64,000 bases of DNA from Gekko japonicus. Taxonomy: Eukaryota. A program made the translations under genes and the position numbers. The notes under the pieces are model-generated. The model did no database searches. It was not told where the DNA came from and saw only the letters and a program-made list of their open reading frames with translations. Shown piece after piece: positions 35,656 through 47,649 of the stretch. Position 1 is the first letter of the stretch. Every line of letters starts with the position of its first letter. The stretch covers positions 145,793 through 209,792 of the forward strand of contig NW_015173209.1 of NCBI RefSeq assembly GCF_001447785.1, read 5' to 3'.

Positions 35656-38600
35656 CTAGCAGTAAAGCCCGTTGTGAAAGCAATACAATGAGATCTAGAA
35701 AGAGGCTCTGGGGCAGTGCTTTGGCTTTGGGCAAACAGTGTCAATTTGCTGTGGTGACCTCAGCAGGGTATAATGACAGAGTCCACTGTTTTCTCCAGAG
35801 GAACTGATCTCTGCTACATGAAGAGCAGTTGTAATTGTGAGTAATCTGTAGCCCTCACCTGGAGATTGGCAACAATTGTTACCCAGGACAAAATGGCTGG
35901 TTTGGAGGGTGGAGTCTATGGCATTCTACCTGTCTGAGGTCCCACCCCTCTGCAAACCCCACCCTCTCCAGGCTCCACCCCTCAAATCCCCAGGAATTTG
36001 TCAGCATGTAGTTGGCAACCCCATCTCCTTCCCAGCTAGCCACCAACCTACCATTATCTGCCCCTTTGACTTCAGCTGACTTCTGCCCTCCCTTCTGCAG
36101 AACAGTTGTAATACTGAGTGCTCTCCAGCCCTCACCTGGAGATTGGCAACAATGGTTCCCTATGTGGGACTGACTGGTTTGGAGGGTGGAGTCTATGGCA
36201 GTGTACCTGTCTGAGGTCCCACCCCTCCTCAAACCTCACCCTCTTCAGGCTCCATCCCTCAAGTCTCCAGGAATTTCCCATCTGGAGTTGGCAACCCTAT
36301 CAGGATTGGCCCCAATGTGGTTTCTCCCAAAGGCCAAAGTAGGTGACAGGACCAAGCTTAGTTGCCTACCAACAGGCACTGAGGGGAATGTAGGGTTGCC
36401 AGCTCTAAGGAGGGAAATACCTGGAGGTTTGGGGGGTGGATTCTGTAGAGGGCCGGGCAACGGAGGCATCGGCCTTCCGTCGCCCGCCTTGCCCCCCCAA
36501 TCGGAAAGCCTTAAAATTTTCCTGGTGGCAGCCCGATTACAGAGTAAAAAAAAAACAGAAAGAACATTTTTAAAGTAAAACTAGACCTCCCCAGAGAAGA
36601 GGTCGTTACAGCCCCAGTGACAGGTTTAATGGTGGACACACTGCAAAGTTACCTGGACTTAGGCTTTCAGACATATCCAGAATTTATTAAAAAAAAAGAA
36701 CCTGCCTGGGAGATAGTGGTGAGATTCTCTAAAAGATCAACAAGAGACATGTCACTCAAGGCCACAAATGGGACTACCTTAAAAATCAAAGATGAATAAA
36801 TCAGAGTCTTAAAAGACATTCAATTTGAAATAAGAGAGAAGAGGACACAATACAAAAATTTAACCAGCTTCTTGCAGAAAAATTCCACACCCTACAGATG
36901 GATAGTACCCAAAGGATTGGTCTTCAACTACAAGGATAAAAAAGAAAAGATAGACTTTTAAAAACGAAGCTGTTCTTGGAACAGCAACAAAGACCAGCGA
37001 ATAAAATAGATACAGCAGAGGAACAAAACATCGGAGAAAAAAAACAGCACACATGGGACAGAAGAACCCAAATCAACAGCAAGTAGTAATCCAGAAGAAG
37101 ACTTTGAATCAGAATTAGGGGCAGCAGTCCCAAAAGTCCTGAAAGTCAAATGGAAGGAAACAGATTTAGTACAATTGTAAAAGTCTAAAAATCTTATTGT
37201 CTCTATTTACTTGATTCAATTACATAATTACTAGTCTGTAATAGAAGCAGTAAAAATTAGCTATATTCCAAAATTATTTTTTATAGAGAGAGCTTTAATA
37301 AATATGCATCTAAATGTTATATATGATCCTTTTCTAGCTTATTTTAGGTATAGCGTTAGTGTTGTAGTATTTGTAGTATACACACACACACACACACATG
37401 TGTGTGTGCGTGTGTGTGTGTGTGTGTGTATAAACCCTACAATTATATATATATATATATAAACCCTACAATTTTCTGAGGATATGATGTATGAGTAAAT
37501 ATGTCTTAACTGGAAAGGTGTTTTTAAAAAAGAAAAAAAGAATATATGTAATTCACACCTGGTTACCATTTCATCACAGATATAATTCCCCTATTTAGAT
37601 ACCCAGAGCTGAATAATAAAGAATTTTTTAAAAAGGAATAAAATGACCTAACAGAAGTTTACACAGCTGGGCAAATTGGTTAGAGTGTTGGACTAGGAGG
37701 TGAGAGAGGTAGGCTCAATTTTCCAGTCATCCATGAATCTCACTGGGTGACCTGGAGATAATCACTGTTTCTCAACATAACCAACCTTAAAGAATTGTTG
37801 TAAGGAGAAAATCTGGAGCTCCTTGGAGAAAGGTCAGAGTAGATATGTAATACATATAAACTGACATTCAGATTACATAATTGACATGAGGAAGAACTAC
37901 AGAACCATTCTAGTAGGGGCTGACTCTCATCAAGTTCTAAATATGTGCATAAGTGATGTCAAGTCACAAGTAGCTTATGGTGACCCCAGAAATGAGCATT
38001 CAAGGCGAGTGAGAAGCAGAAGTAGTTTTCCATTGCCTTCCTCTTCAGAGTCTTCCTTGGTAATCTCCTATCCAAGTATCAATTCTGCTTAGCTTCTGGA
38101 AACTGATCAGGCTATACCATGCTGCATTCCCTCTCCAAAACTTAAATATCATGTGTGTGTTTTCCCCCCCAGAGTTCATGGGGTCTACTCATTTGTTTTA
38201 TGATGAAACATTTCATAAGCAGGTTTTTCTCAGAACATCTCTGCAAAGAACCAGGAATATGCCAGCAACTCTACAACCAGTGTTTTCCCCTCCCGCCCTT
38301 AAGACAAGGAACGTAATGGTAGTATATAGTGGTATCTAAGATTTCAAGGCAAATTCTCCAAGGCTACACTTGGGTGCAAAAAGGGCATTCATCAACATTG
38401 CCTTGTATGGTGCGGATTCAGTTCATAGAAATTGTCCATGTATTGGTATTCGCACAGTGTTTGCTGCTGTAGCAGATGCAGGAAAGTATCTGTTCCCCTT
38501 TTCATAATATTTTTGGGTCAACTGATGAAGACTCCTGGAACGAAGAATGGATTAAAACAACTTTAATATGGGAAGCAGCTGAAACACCTTGTACAGCAGT

Positions 38601-39531
38601 GTCTAAAGCCTTCATCTAGAATTAAGGTCATGTGATAATAGGACAATTCCTCAGTTGTTGCTGCGGAATCCAGTGGATTGGATTTTCTGTTGGTGAAAAA
38701 AGAAGCTAAAGTTTCCTGTGTACACAAAAAAAGTCTACCATTGATTGTGTATGTGCCAAAGACATGAGGGCCAGGGATTAGAGTAGAAAGGGGAATTGGG
38801 AAAGATTGGGTGAAAAAGCTGGCTGGGGTCAGCCACTTGTTAGAAAGGCAAAAAACATTGTAGAATGGTTTTCTACCTCTTAATAGTGCCCATTCTGGAT
38901 TGATATCTCTTACTGGGTTCAATAAAATTTTCTAGTTATTTCCCACAAAGCCAGTCAACAGCCTTGGACCCACATACTTGCAAAACCATCTGTTATGTTC
39001 TACCAAGTCAGCTTCATTCATTTGAGCAAAGCCCTGTGAAGGTAATCTGCAAATGGGTAGGATCAGCAACAGCCCATTCATTCCCATTCCCATTCATTCT
39101 CTGGGGTGGTTCTCACCTTCTGGAACAGCGTGCTTGAGGAGATCAGGTTGGCCCATCCGTCGTCAGGTCACATGCAGCCCGGGCAGCTATGTGTGTTCGG
39201 CCAAGGGCGGGGGTAGCAGCAGCAGGATCGGGGTGACCCCCCCACTGGAGCAGGAGGTTATCCATCATCCGGTTGTGCGCCTGTGGCGGTGGCATGAATG
39301 GGCTGAGGCCCCCGGTCACTGGAGCATCTGACCCGTCCATCTGCTCAAAGGAGAGTGAGGCCGAGATGCCAGGTGCCACCTCTGTGGGCAGGACCATGCC
39401 CACAGAGGCAGCAACACAGCCAGTGGAGACAGACGCCCTGTGACTGACACACCAGGGCACCAACCAATTCAGGAGCGTGTCGAATGTTCTGGAGAGTGCC
39501 ACCACCAGAAGGCTTTTATATATAAGAGAGA
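35656..39531 (-). mobile_element. Candidate non-autonomous Helitron, copy B (may be two adjacent elements)
   Basis: Minus strand begins A|TCTCTCTTATATATAAAAGCC and ends with hairpin CTCATTGT...ACAACGGGC, 7 nt, then CTAG|T. Confidence 0.45.
36600..37180 (+). mobile_element. L1 ORF1 fragment (pseudogenised)
   Basis: WEIVVRFSKRSTRD...*IRVLKDIQFEIREKRTQYKNLTSFLQKNSTPYRWIVPKGLVFNYKDK resembles the RRM/CTD of vertebrate L1 ORF1p. Confidence 0.65.
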
Positions 39532-39879
39532 TTGTTGACTACATGCACTAACCATTCTCCTATCTCCTAGTGTTTGCTCCATTCCATTCCTGTATTATTT
39601 CACTAAATTCATGTCAATTGTGTGAGGGCACAGATGGTGGTGATCTGTGACTCATAAAGGTAAAACAATTTTTTCTCCATCTAGGTCTTAAAGCCACTGC
39701 AGTTCGACCAGGAAAAGACAGCAGTATAACAAATAACTTATTGCTGTTTAAATACCCATTAAAAGCAAAAGATATTTAATTCCAGCAACTATATATTTAC
39801 ACACACCTAATGATTTACCAAAATCCTGGTCTGCTAACACAGTCATTAAACCATAGTCAGAAGAGTGAACAGGCTTCTT

Positions 39880-40800
39880 GTCAGGTGAGGATCAAGACAT
39901 TTTCTTCTCAGATTTGAAGAGATTACACAGAAAAAGAAGAAATGCTCAGTAGTTTCCACTGAAGACCTATCACAGATAAAAACTCTAGATCCCCTTTCTT
40001 GGCCTGTAAATCATCCATGTAAAATATCAAGTGGAAGTGAATTCATTTTTGCAAGGGGGTGGACCTTCTGTAGAGTGGTACCGTAATACTATAGAAATTA
40101 TATGGTAACTGATATTGATTAAAATATAAATATCCAAAGCACATAGACGAATATATGCACCACTTCCCTTCTTGACATTCTTCTGCCACTAGGTGGCTAC
40201 TAACCAAACTATAACCACCAGTCTTCTCTAAATCCTGAAGACAGTCACAATCCAAACCAAATGAGTTCAGTTTATCTAGGAGGCAAACCCATCTGTGTTT
40301 AAAATTATATAGTATGGATAATGAAACTAGTGATTCCTGACTCTCTAGAGGTGATACATCTAGGACATGCTAAGACAGATCTAAAGAAATTTGTCTGGAT
40401 TATATCTGGGCATGTACTCAAGCTACCAATCCACACCAGGCCCAACCCTGCTTAGCTTCCGAGATCTGATGAGATCGGGCGTGTTCAGGGTGGTATGGCC
40501 GTAGGTGCTACCAATCCACACTGGAATAGCATACAAAAACAGTGAGATTATTTTTGCCCCCAAAGCATCCAAAGCTGCAGGAACAAATTGAGCACCTGTG
40601 GTGGTGGGGGGAAATTCCTCAAAATTGCTGCTTTACTCATGGCTTTCATTGATATTTCTTTAATGTGCAAAGTCCAAGAGAGTGAACACTGGCATGTAAC
40701 GCCCAGATATTTATGAAATTGGACTTCTTCCATAATGCGATCTGAGATATTCCAGCATAATAATTTTGGCCTACAAAATCTAGCAAAAACAAATTATACC
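39880..40800 (-). mobile_element. Old non-LTR retrotransposon ORF2 fragment (clade unresolved)
   Basis: KYLGVTCQCSLSWTLHIKEI (RT thumb-like) and a downstream decayed C..(x)..VETTEHFFFFC zinc-knuckle-like segment. Confidence 0.55.
40437..40506 (-). pseudogene. 3'-truncated 5S rRNA retropseudogene with 15-bp TSD
   Basis: Reverse complement ACCTACGGCCATACCACCCTGAACACGCCCGATCTCATCAGATCTCGGAAGCTAAGCAGGGTTGGGCCTG matches the first ~70 nt of vertebrate 5S rRNA. It is flanked by GCTACCAATCCACAC at 40422-40436 and 40507-40521. Confidence 0.93.
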
Positions 40801-42551
40801 TGCAATCCAGATATTTGGTGGTGGTGGAGGGAGGACCAAATCCTGAGTATCAGTGTTCCCTTAGGCTAAGGAGGTGGAGATTAGAGCTGAAATGTGGGTG
40901 TACGTAGGCTCCATTCTTAGGGAGAGCAATACTCTTTTCTGGTTTTCAAAGAAGTGCACTAGATAGTAGTAATAAAAAGCCAATTCCATACAGATACGTG
41001 AGGTTAAAATGTAAAAAAAAAGATCATAATAATGTGCTGAAGTAAATAGAAGACACTTGGAGTAGGAAATAAATTTCAGATAGACTGAATATTTGTGTAG
41101 ACTTGTGTTAATAATGGCCTAATCATTTCTCAAGGGAAGGTAGACATGCAACTGAAGCAACAGCACTTCTATCTAACACCCTAATGGACAGGTCTGTTGA
41201 GGCTGTTCGAAGCTGAGGAATGGCAGGCAGGATGGCACAGCCCCTTAAGTATTGGCTGGGCGCTCCCGCCCACCCAGATGCCCAAGACTCTGGTCAGGCA
41301 AGCCCCAGTTTCCCACGTTTGGTGTTGGCCCACCCCCTCCATCCAGCCCACCATGAACGCAGTCTCTCTTCCCCTCCCCACAGTTCCACAAAAAGGCCCC
41401 CAGGTGACTCAGGGGCCCAGCTTTCTCTTTGCTCTCTCTCACTCTCTCCCCCCCTCTCTTGTGTGCAGAGCTGGGTGACCTGAAGGAGGCAGGAAGATAC
41501 GTAGAATGATGTTGTCAGAAAGCGTGAAATGAATCTGACAGGGTGCGTGATGGACCTCATTGGAAGACTTAAAAGGTCATGGCGATGGTGTCAAGGAAAT
41601 GCTACTTCTCTGCTACCAATGCATTAGCTAAATTCACACCTGGTTTGATTGTTTAAGGTATTTCAGTTCCTTTTGACTCCACAGACTAAGTATTTGAACT
41701 CCTAGGAATGGATGATTAGTTGTGACACTTTTGCAAAGGTTTTTGCAGATAATATCCCCTGAGTACAATCTGATACACATGTGGGCTGTAATATAACTGA
41801 CATAGTAGTAGAAATCCCAAGTACACCACCTTTTCCAACTATGCTACATTTTGATTTGGTAGAGTCCTGGGATCTGTAAAGACCACCACCTGTGCTCTGG
41901 TGTTCATTATGTACTCATTTTGAAGCAGTACAATAATCATTTGGAAATGTGTTAATATATATTACTTAGGGTTGCCAGCCTCTAGTTGGGGCCTGGAGTG
42001 CCCCTGGAATTACACCTGATCTCCATCCCACAGAGATCAGTTCCCCTGGAGAAAATGCCTGCATAGGAAGGTGCAATCTATGGTATTATACCAACTGCTG
42101 AAGTCACCCTCCCCCTCCCCTCCCCTGGCTTCAATCTCCAAATCTCCAGGAATTTCTCAACCTATAGTTAGGAACCCTAAAATTATTGCTGTTCTCAGAC
42201 TGTTTAAATGTCATCTGTATCATGCTAGAGCTAGAACACAAAAAGACAGCATCCCATCACCCTAACCCAGATGTTGGTTCTCATACTTTCCTGAAACTAG
42301 ACTTGAATTGACTCTCACAATACAATGGGCAGCTTGATCTTTCATTAGGATCTTCCTAACTTCCTTCCACTTTACAAATCCAATTCCCTTTGTTCCATAA
42401 ACGTGGCTCACATGTCCCCAAGCCCAAAAAGAACAACACAAGTGAAGTGCCAGTGAAGAGAAAAGTTCTTAATATTTATTGCAATAAACAGGAAAACAGT
42501 GCTAAGCAATAGATTGCTCACAAAATATAGCTGCTTTCTGGTTCAAACAAG

Positions 42552-43082
42552 GGCCAAATTCAGACTGTCAGTTTGGCCCAACAGCCAAAAGTTTCAGGAG
42601 TGTTTCAGTAGCAGATTAAAGTGGTGGGTTCACACAGGCACATCTTTCAGGTGTCCCCCAGCCGTACTCAAGCCATCTTGTGCCGCTTCCCTCCCAAGTT
42701 TAAAAAGTACCAGGTGAAAGTGGTAGCAAACTGTGTGTAGAGTCCGTTGATTCTGGTTCCCTGAGTGTGAACGCAAGTGCTGCTAAGGCAGGAACAACCC
42801 ACAGTTGTTAATAAGAGGCACTGTCTGTTTCTATGGCAGGCGCCCATGCGCCCATGCACCCATGTGCATAGGCACATGCAGCGGAGTGCAGAAACAGCTG
42901 CTAACAGCTCGCCAGGGGCAGGCAAACAGTGCGAACGCTCCCTTGCGCTTCCTCCATGGTATCCTCCTGCTTCATTCGCTGCAGTGTGAACGGGAATACC
43001 GCGACCAAGCCGTTCTGGGTCTGTTCCGGGTCTTCTTTGCCACGACTCCCTAGCACTTCAAATTGCCAGTCTGAACTCGGCC
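42552..43082. mobile_element. PIF/Harbinger-type MITE
   Basis: ~24-bp TIR (GGCCAAATTCAGACTGTCAGTTTG and CAAATTGCCAGTCTGAACTCGGCC) with 3-bp TSD AAG. It sits within a possible minus-strand solo LTR (~42413-43698). Confidence 0.75.
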
Positions 43083-44489
43083 AAGGAAGACTATAAGGTT
43101 TTATACTCAAAATGACAGACAAAAATGATAACATACAAAGTATTCATTGGTTACAGGTAAAAAGGCATCATTTTAGTAGGCATACATTAATTGGCCAGTT
43201 ACAATAAGGGGTGCAGCTACATGATATCTTAATTATTTACTTGACAAAGAACAAAGAGGTCTTCTTCAACTTTAACCAAGGACCTTTCATACCCAAGGAA
43301 AAAGATACCTTCTCAGATAAGGAGCAAGAATCACTCCTTTACCCAGACTCTTTGGAACCTTGTATCAAAACATAGGTAAAACATATGAACACCAAAAATA
43401 AGACTAAGTAAATACATTCATCTCCAAACCCATCCTCCCTTGTCCCATTAGCGATACATTCAAGGTTTATTAAGGCAGACAGACAGCTAAACAGCTGCTC
43501 CAGCCAAAGGCTCAAATAAGAAAAGAATGTTTACTTCTTTCTGCCAGCACAAGCCTAATACACACTATGATCTGCAAAGAAAAAGCATATTGAACACTTA
43601 TTTACTCTAATATTAAAACTTATGAAGGCGTAGGTATATGTGTATATGAAAAATGAAAAAGATTACAAAAATTAAATCATATTCTGCCATCAGTGACACA
43701 CTTTGCACAGAAGGCAAGCATGTTTGTTGATGCCATTTCATGTTCACAGAACCTTGCCAATCCCTGTATCTGTCCCCACAAGATCCCCCCCTAGGAAGAG
43801 ACCTAGCACTTAAGGAAACAATGGGTTTGCAGAAGAATCAGATTTTCCTCTGTCATGAATTTTCTTCTTCCATCTTTCCCTTTGCTTTCCACCTCTCATT
43901 AGGCAAGACAGAGCTCTTAAAAGGCACTAGGATATATTTTTTCTCTTTGCTCCCCCCCCCCACTCTGTTGTGTGTAACTGGTAGATGAAGTGATCTCAAA
44001 CAATGAAACTGGAACTTTCAGAGATGTTTAAACCCAAAGAATCTGCTGTTCTGCAAGCCAGGACTGTTGCCATGGAATGCATTGTTAGGAAGATGAAAAC
44101 TATTTTCTAATTTTTAAAATGTAAAGTCAGTCAATAGTAATAAAAAGACACTTCCACACAGATAAGAGAGATCAATTGGGGGAGGGGAATCAAACCCGAC
44201 AAGTTGTAAAATGAAACAATTTAAGATAGATCACATGTGTTCAAACGTGGCACCAAATAAATGGAAGGTTGAAACGCAACTGAAAATCCAGCATTCAGTA
44301 CTGACATTTAAAACTGAATTTTTGTCTTGCACTCCTCATCCCAACAGGAGGGCTGAGGTTTGCAGACACTTTAGGTAAAGTATGTGAAATAAGCATGTAC
44401 AATACCTTCTCCACAGTCCTTTATACCTGATGCTGATCATGGCTGCATGATTGTTCTGCCCTTTCCAATCACATAAGGCATTTCTTGCT

Positions 44490-45431
44490 TCACTTCAAGT
44501 GCAAGGAACTTCTGAAAGCCTCCCTTACTTCTTTGTTTCTTAATGTGTAGATGAAAGGATTCAGCACGGGAGTCACAATGATATTCAGTATGTTCACTGT
44601 TTTGGTGGTTTCCAAGGACCTACTTTTAGAAGGCTTAACAAACAGGAAGATAGTGGAGCCATACCAAATAACCACAACAGCAAAGTGAGAAGAGCATGTA
44701 GAAAAGGCCTTTTGCAGGCTATTTGTGGAAGAGATGTGCAATATAGTAGAGACAATGTATATGTAGGAGAGGAGGGTTACAGAAAAGGAGCTGAAGATGA
44801 CAAAGACAGCTATGAGAAAAATTGCCATCTCAATGGCATGTGTTTCACTGCAAGAGAGAACTATCCAGGCATCAACACTGCACAAGAAGTGGTTAATCAC
44901 ATTGGGACCACAGAAGGACAATCTTGCAATCAGAAATGCTGGTGCAGAAAGAATGATGAATCCACCCAGCCAAGAGCTGACAGCCAGTTTGCCGGACAAG
45001 CTGATGTCCATGATGGTGTTGTAGCGCAGTGGGTGACATATGGCCACATATCGATCATAAGCCATGATAGCAAGGAGAAAGTATTCTATGCAACCAAAGG
45101 AATAAGAAAAATACATCTGTAGCAGGCAGCCAGTGAAGGAGATGCTCTGACTCCTTCCTAGTAAGACAGGAAGGGTCTTAGGGATAGTGGTCGTTGTGTA
45201 CCAGATCTCCAGGAAGGAGAGATTGCAGAGCAGATAGTACATGACTGTGTGGAGGCGCCCATTTGATAACACTAAAATGATGATGGCCAGATTTCCAGAA
45301 ATCGCCAGGATATACATGATAAGAAAGAGTGGGAAGATGAATATCCGTAAATGCAGAGATCCAGTGAAGGTGAGAAGAATGAATTCTTGCACTCGAGTTT
45401 CATTTTGCCCTACTTGATAATTTTCTCCCAT
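44490..45431 (-). CDS. Olfactory receptor, class II (OR6-like subfamily, paralogue C)
   Basis: 313-aa intact ORF with NET, MAYDRYVAICHPLRY, KAFSTCSSH, PVLNPFIYTLRNKEV. Acceptor TTTTGTTTCACTAG 13 nt upstream of the ATG. Confidence 0.95.
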   Translation of the reverse strand: MGENYQVGQNETRVQEFILLTFTGSLHLRIFIFPLFLIMYILAISGNLAIIILVLSNGRLHTVMYYLLCNLSFLEIWYTTTTIPKTLPVLLGRSQSISFTGCLLQMYFSYSFGCIEYFLLAIMAYDRYVAICHPLRYNTIMDISLSGKLAVSSWLGGFIILSAPAFLIARLSFCGPNVINHFLCSVDAWIVLSCSETHAIEMAIFLIAVFVIFSSFSVTLLSYIYIVSTILHISSTNSLQKAFSTCSSHFAVVVIWYGSTIFLFVKPSKSRSLETTKTVNILNIIVTPVLNPFIYTLRNKEVREAFRSSLHLK

Positions 45432-45775
45432 TTCTCTGTTTTACCTAGTGAAACAAAACATAAGAAACTTAATCAGGAATTAGTGATAGTGTTGTCCTTC
45501 CAGTAGAGAAGGCATAGCTGGACAAAAGCAGTCTTTTTGTGTGTTCTTTTTCCTAATTGAATGGAAACAAAATTTTCATTTACCCCTGGGCTATATTTGT
45601 TAGCATTATCATAATTATTCAGCACTTGCTTCCACTAACCACACACTAGCTATTCAAAACAAAACATAACTTGAAATTTTGATTGAAAGTTAGTGAAAGC
45701 CTAAGATTCAGGCTAACACAGGACATCATATTGCATCAACTATAGTTGATGTACGGTTTGTAAAAGAAGAAAGCC

Positions 45776-46080
45776 ACTAACCAATTATTTGATCATTCAT
45801 TCTTTCTGCAAAACATACCGCAGTATCACTTTGAAGTCACAGTTTTCCTCCCATCCATCCAATATCTTCATATGAATTTTTACTCCCTCACCTTTCAAGA
45901 CTTTATGTTGATTGGATCTCTTCTTATTTCTACTTAGCCAGTCTAATAGCAAGAAAGCTCTCCTCTCCTGTGCAGTTCTTTTGAATGAGGATAATGATGG
46001 TCATTAAAGTTCATCTTTAACATCATAAGCAAGAGCTACCTTGAGACTTCCTCTCCACAGATTTCTTCAGATTTTGAAAT
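45776..46080 (-). promoter_or_regulatory. Promoter and 5' exon of OR paralogue C
   Basis: Donor TTG|GTTAGT at 45782/45781, TAATGA and TCATTA (45992-46006), CTACCTTGAGAC (46036-46047). Homologous to the A and B blocks. Confidence 0.65.
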
Positions 46081-46667
46081 CTTCTCAAGCATTTATGATA
46101 TTTTTTTTTGCAAGTGTTTACTAGACTCATTTTCCCTATGGATTTTTACTGCTCGGTTACTTCAGGTCCCTCAGTTTCAATTGTCCTACAGAGAATCAGG
46201 CAGCATTGAATAAGAAATGGGTACCTAGGGTAATTCAGAGTTCAGTCAAGAAAAGTATATTTCATAACCACTGGTTTCTGTTGTTGTTGAAAAGTTCTTG
46301 ACATTAAATTCACTGAGAATTCTGTATAATTTATCAACACTATATATTAACCCAAAATAACAATGTCATAATTCATCTTGTCCGGTTCATTAAAAAAGCA
46401 CACCTTCCAATGCACACATCAGGTATAGCATATTGCACGGTTGCACCTTCAGCTGGTCAGTGAGTCACATGAGGGCTGGATTTTGCCCCTTCTAGCTGAT
46501 TGCCAGAAGAAGGTTTTGTTCACATAATTGACAAAATAACAGAGAAGCTGCACTCCCCATGAACATAATAAACCCATGAACATAATAAAGCGCACTGTGG
46601 TTCTTATACCTGAAGGAAGAGTGGATCGGTTCAGTTTGTTTTGATAGCAGAAATCCCATCAATGATT

Positions 46668-46701
<34 letters not shown>

Positions 46702-47649
46702 AACATACAGATACATTTGGGTTAACTGTACTGGTTTCACCCTTAAATGCAGCGGTGAGAATGAACCACGTTCTGCCTGCTGGCAATCACTTGGGGCGTC
46801 AGTTGTTGCCACAGCTGAGTAGGCACTAAGCCAGCCATCTCTACAGTAGTGGAGTCATCCTCAGCATGTGGCAGCAAGCAGCAGCCCTGGGTGCTACCAT
46901 CAACTAAGGTTGCACAGTACTGGTGCATTCCATACATTGAAGAACTTGCCTTCATATCCCACAAAAGTGAGAAGGGATGTCACAAATGAGAAGTACCACT
47001 ACATGTCCATCACATAGAACTTCCATAGAGATAATCAGTTCACTGGCTTAGAACCAGCTTTTGAAACAATAGTACATTTGAGGCATAGTTGAGGTTGCAA
47101 AGGCAAACTTTTCTGCATGGCTACTGTGTTGAATTGTTAACAAAGTTTTGTCTCGCTTGGATGTGCAAGCACACTAGATATAGTGAGTCTAATGGAGATG
47201 GGATACTAGCTTGGAAAAATACTTAGGCTAAAATTTAAAGCAACCATCAGCATTTTCCTTGTGAGACATAGGAACCAATCACAGGTTTTGGGGTGGCCAC
47301 CAGTGTTCCCTCTAAGCTGAGTTAGTGTGAGCTAGCTTACATTTTTTTAATCCTCCAGCTCACACATTTCTGTCTTAGGTCAGGAAGGATGTCTCCAGAC
47401 AGGGGTCATTTCATAGAAAAAGAGCTGCAGGAGCTCATTAGCATATCTAATAGGCTATTAGCATAATAGCTCATTAGCATATGCCACGCCCCCTGACATC
47501 GCCGGGAGTGATGTCAGAAGGGGAAGCAAAAGGGGGGGAGGCATCTTCAAAAGCCTCCCCTTCCCCAGCCAGCCTGCCAAGGCAGGTGGGGGGGGAAAGC
47601 AAAGAGAGAAGGGGTTTAAAGTTTAAACCCCTTATCTCTAGAGTCCCCC

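Noticed and set aside
40437-40506. Functional 5S rRNA gene
   Set aside because: It lacks the 3' ~50 nt including box C and the terminator, and is flanked by a TSD.
45573-45590. TTTCATTTACCCCTGGG as a composite Lhx2/Ebf enhancer motif
   Set aside because: One short imperfect match is expected by chance in 64 kb, and no clustered motif island was evident.
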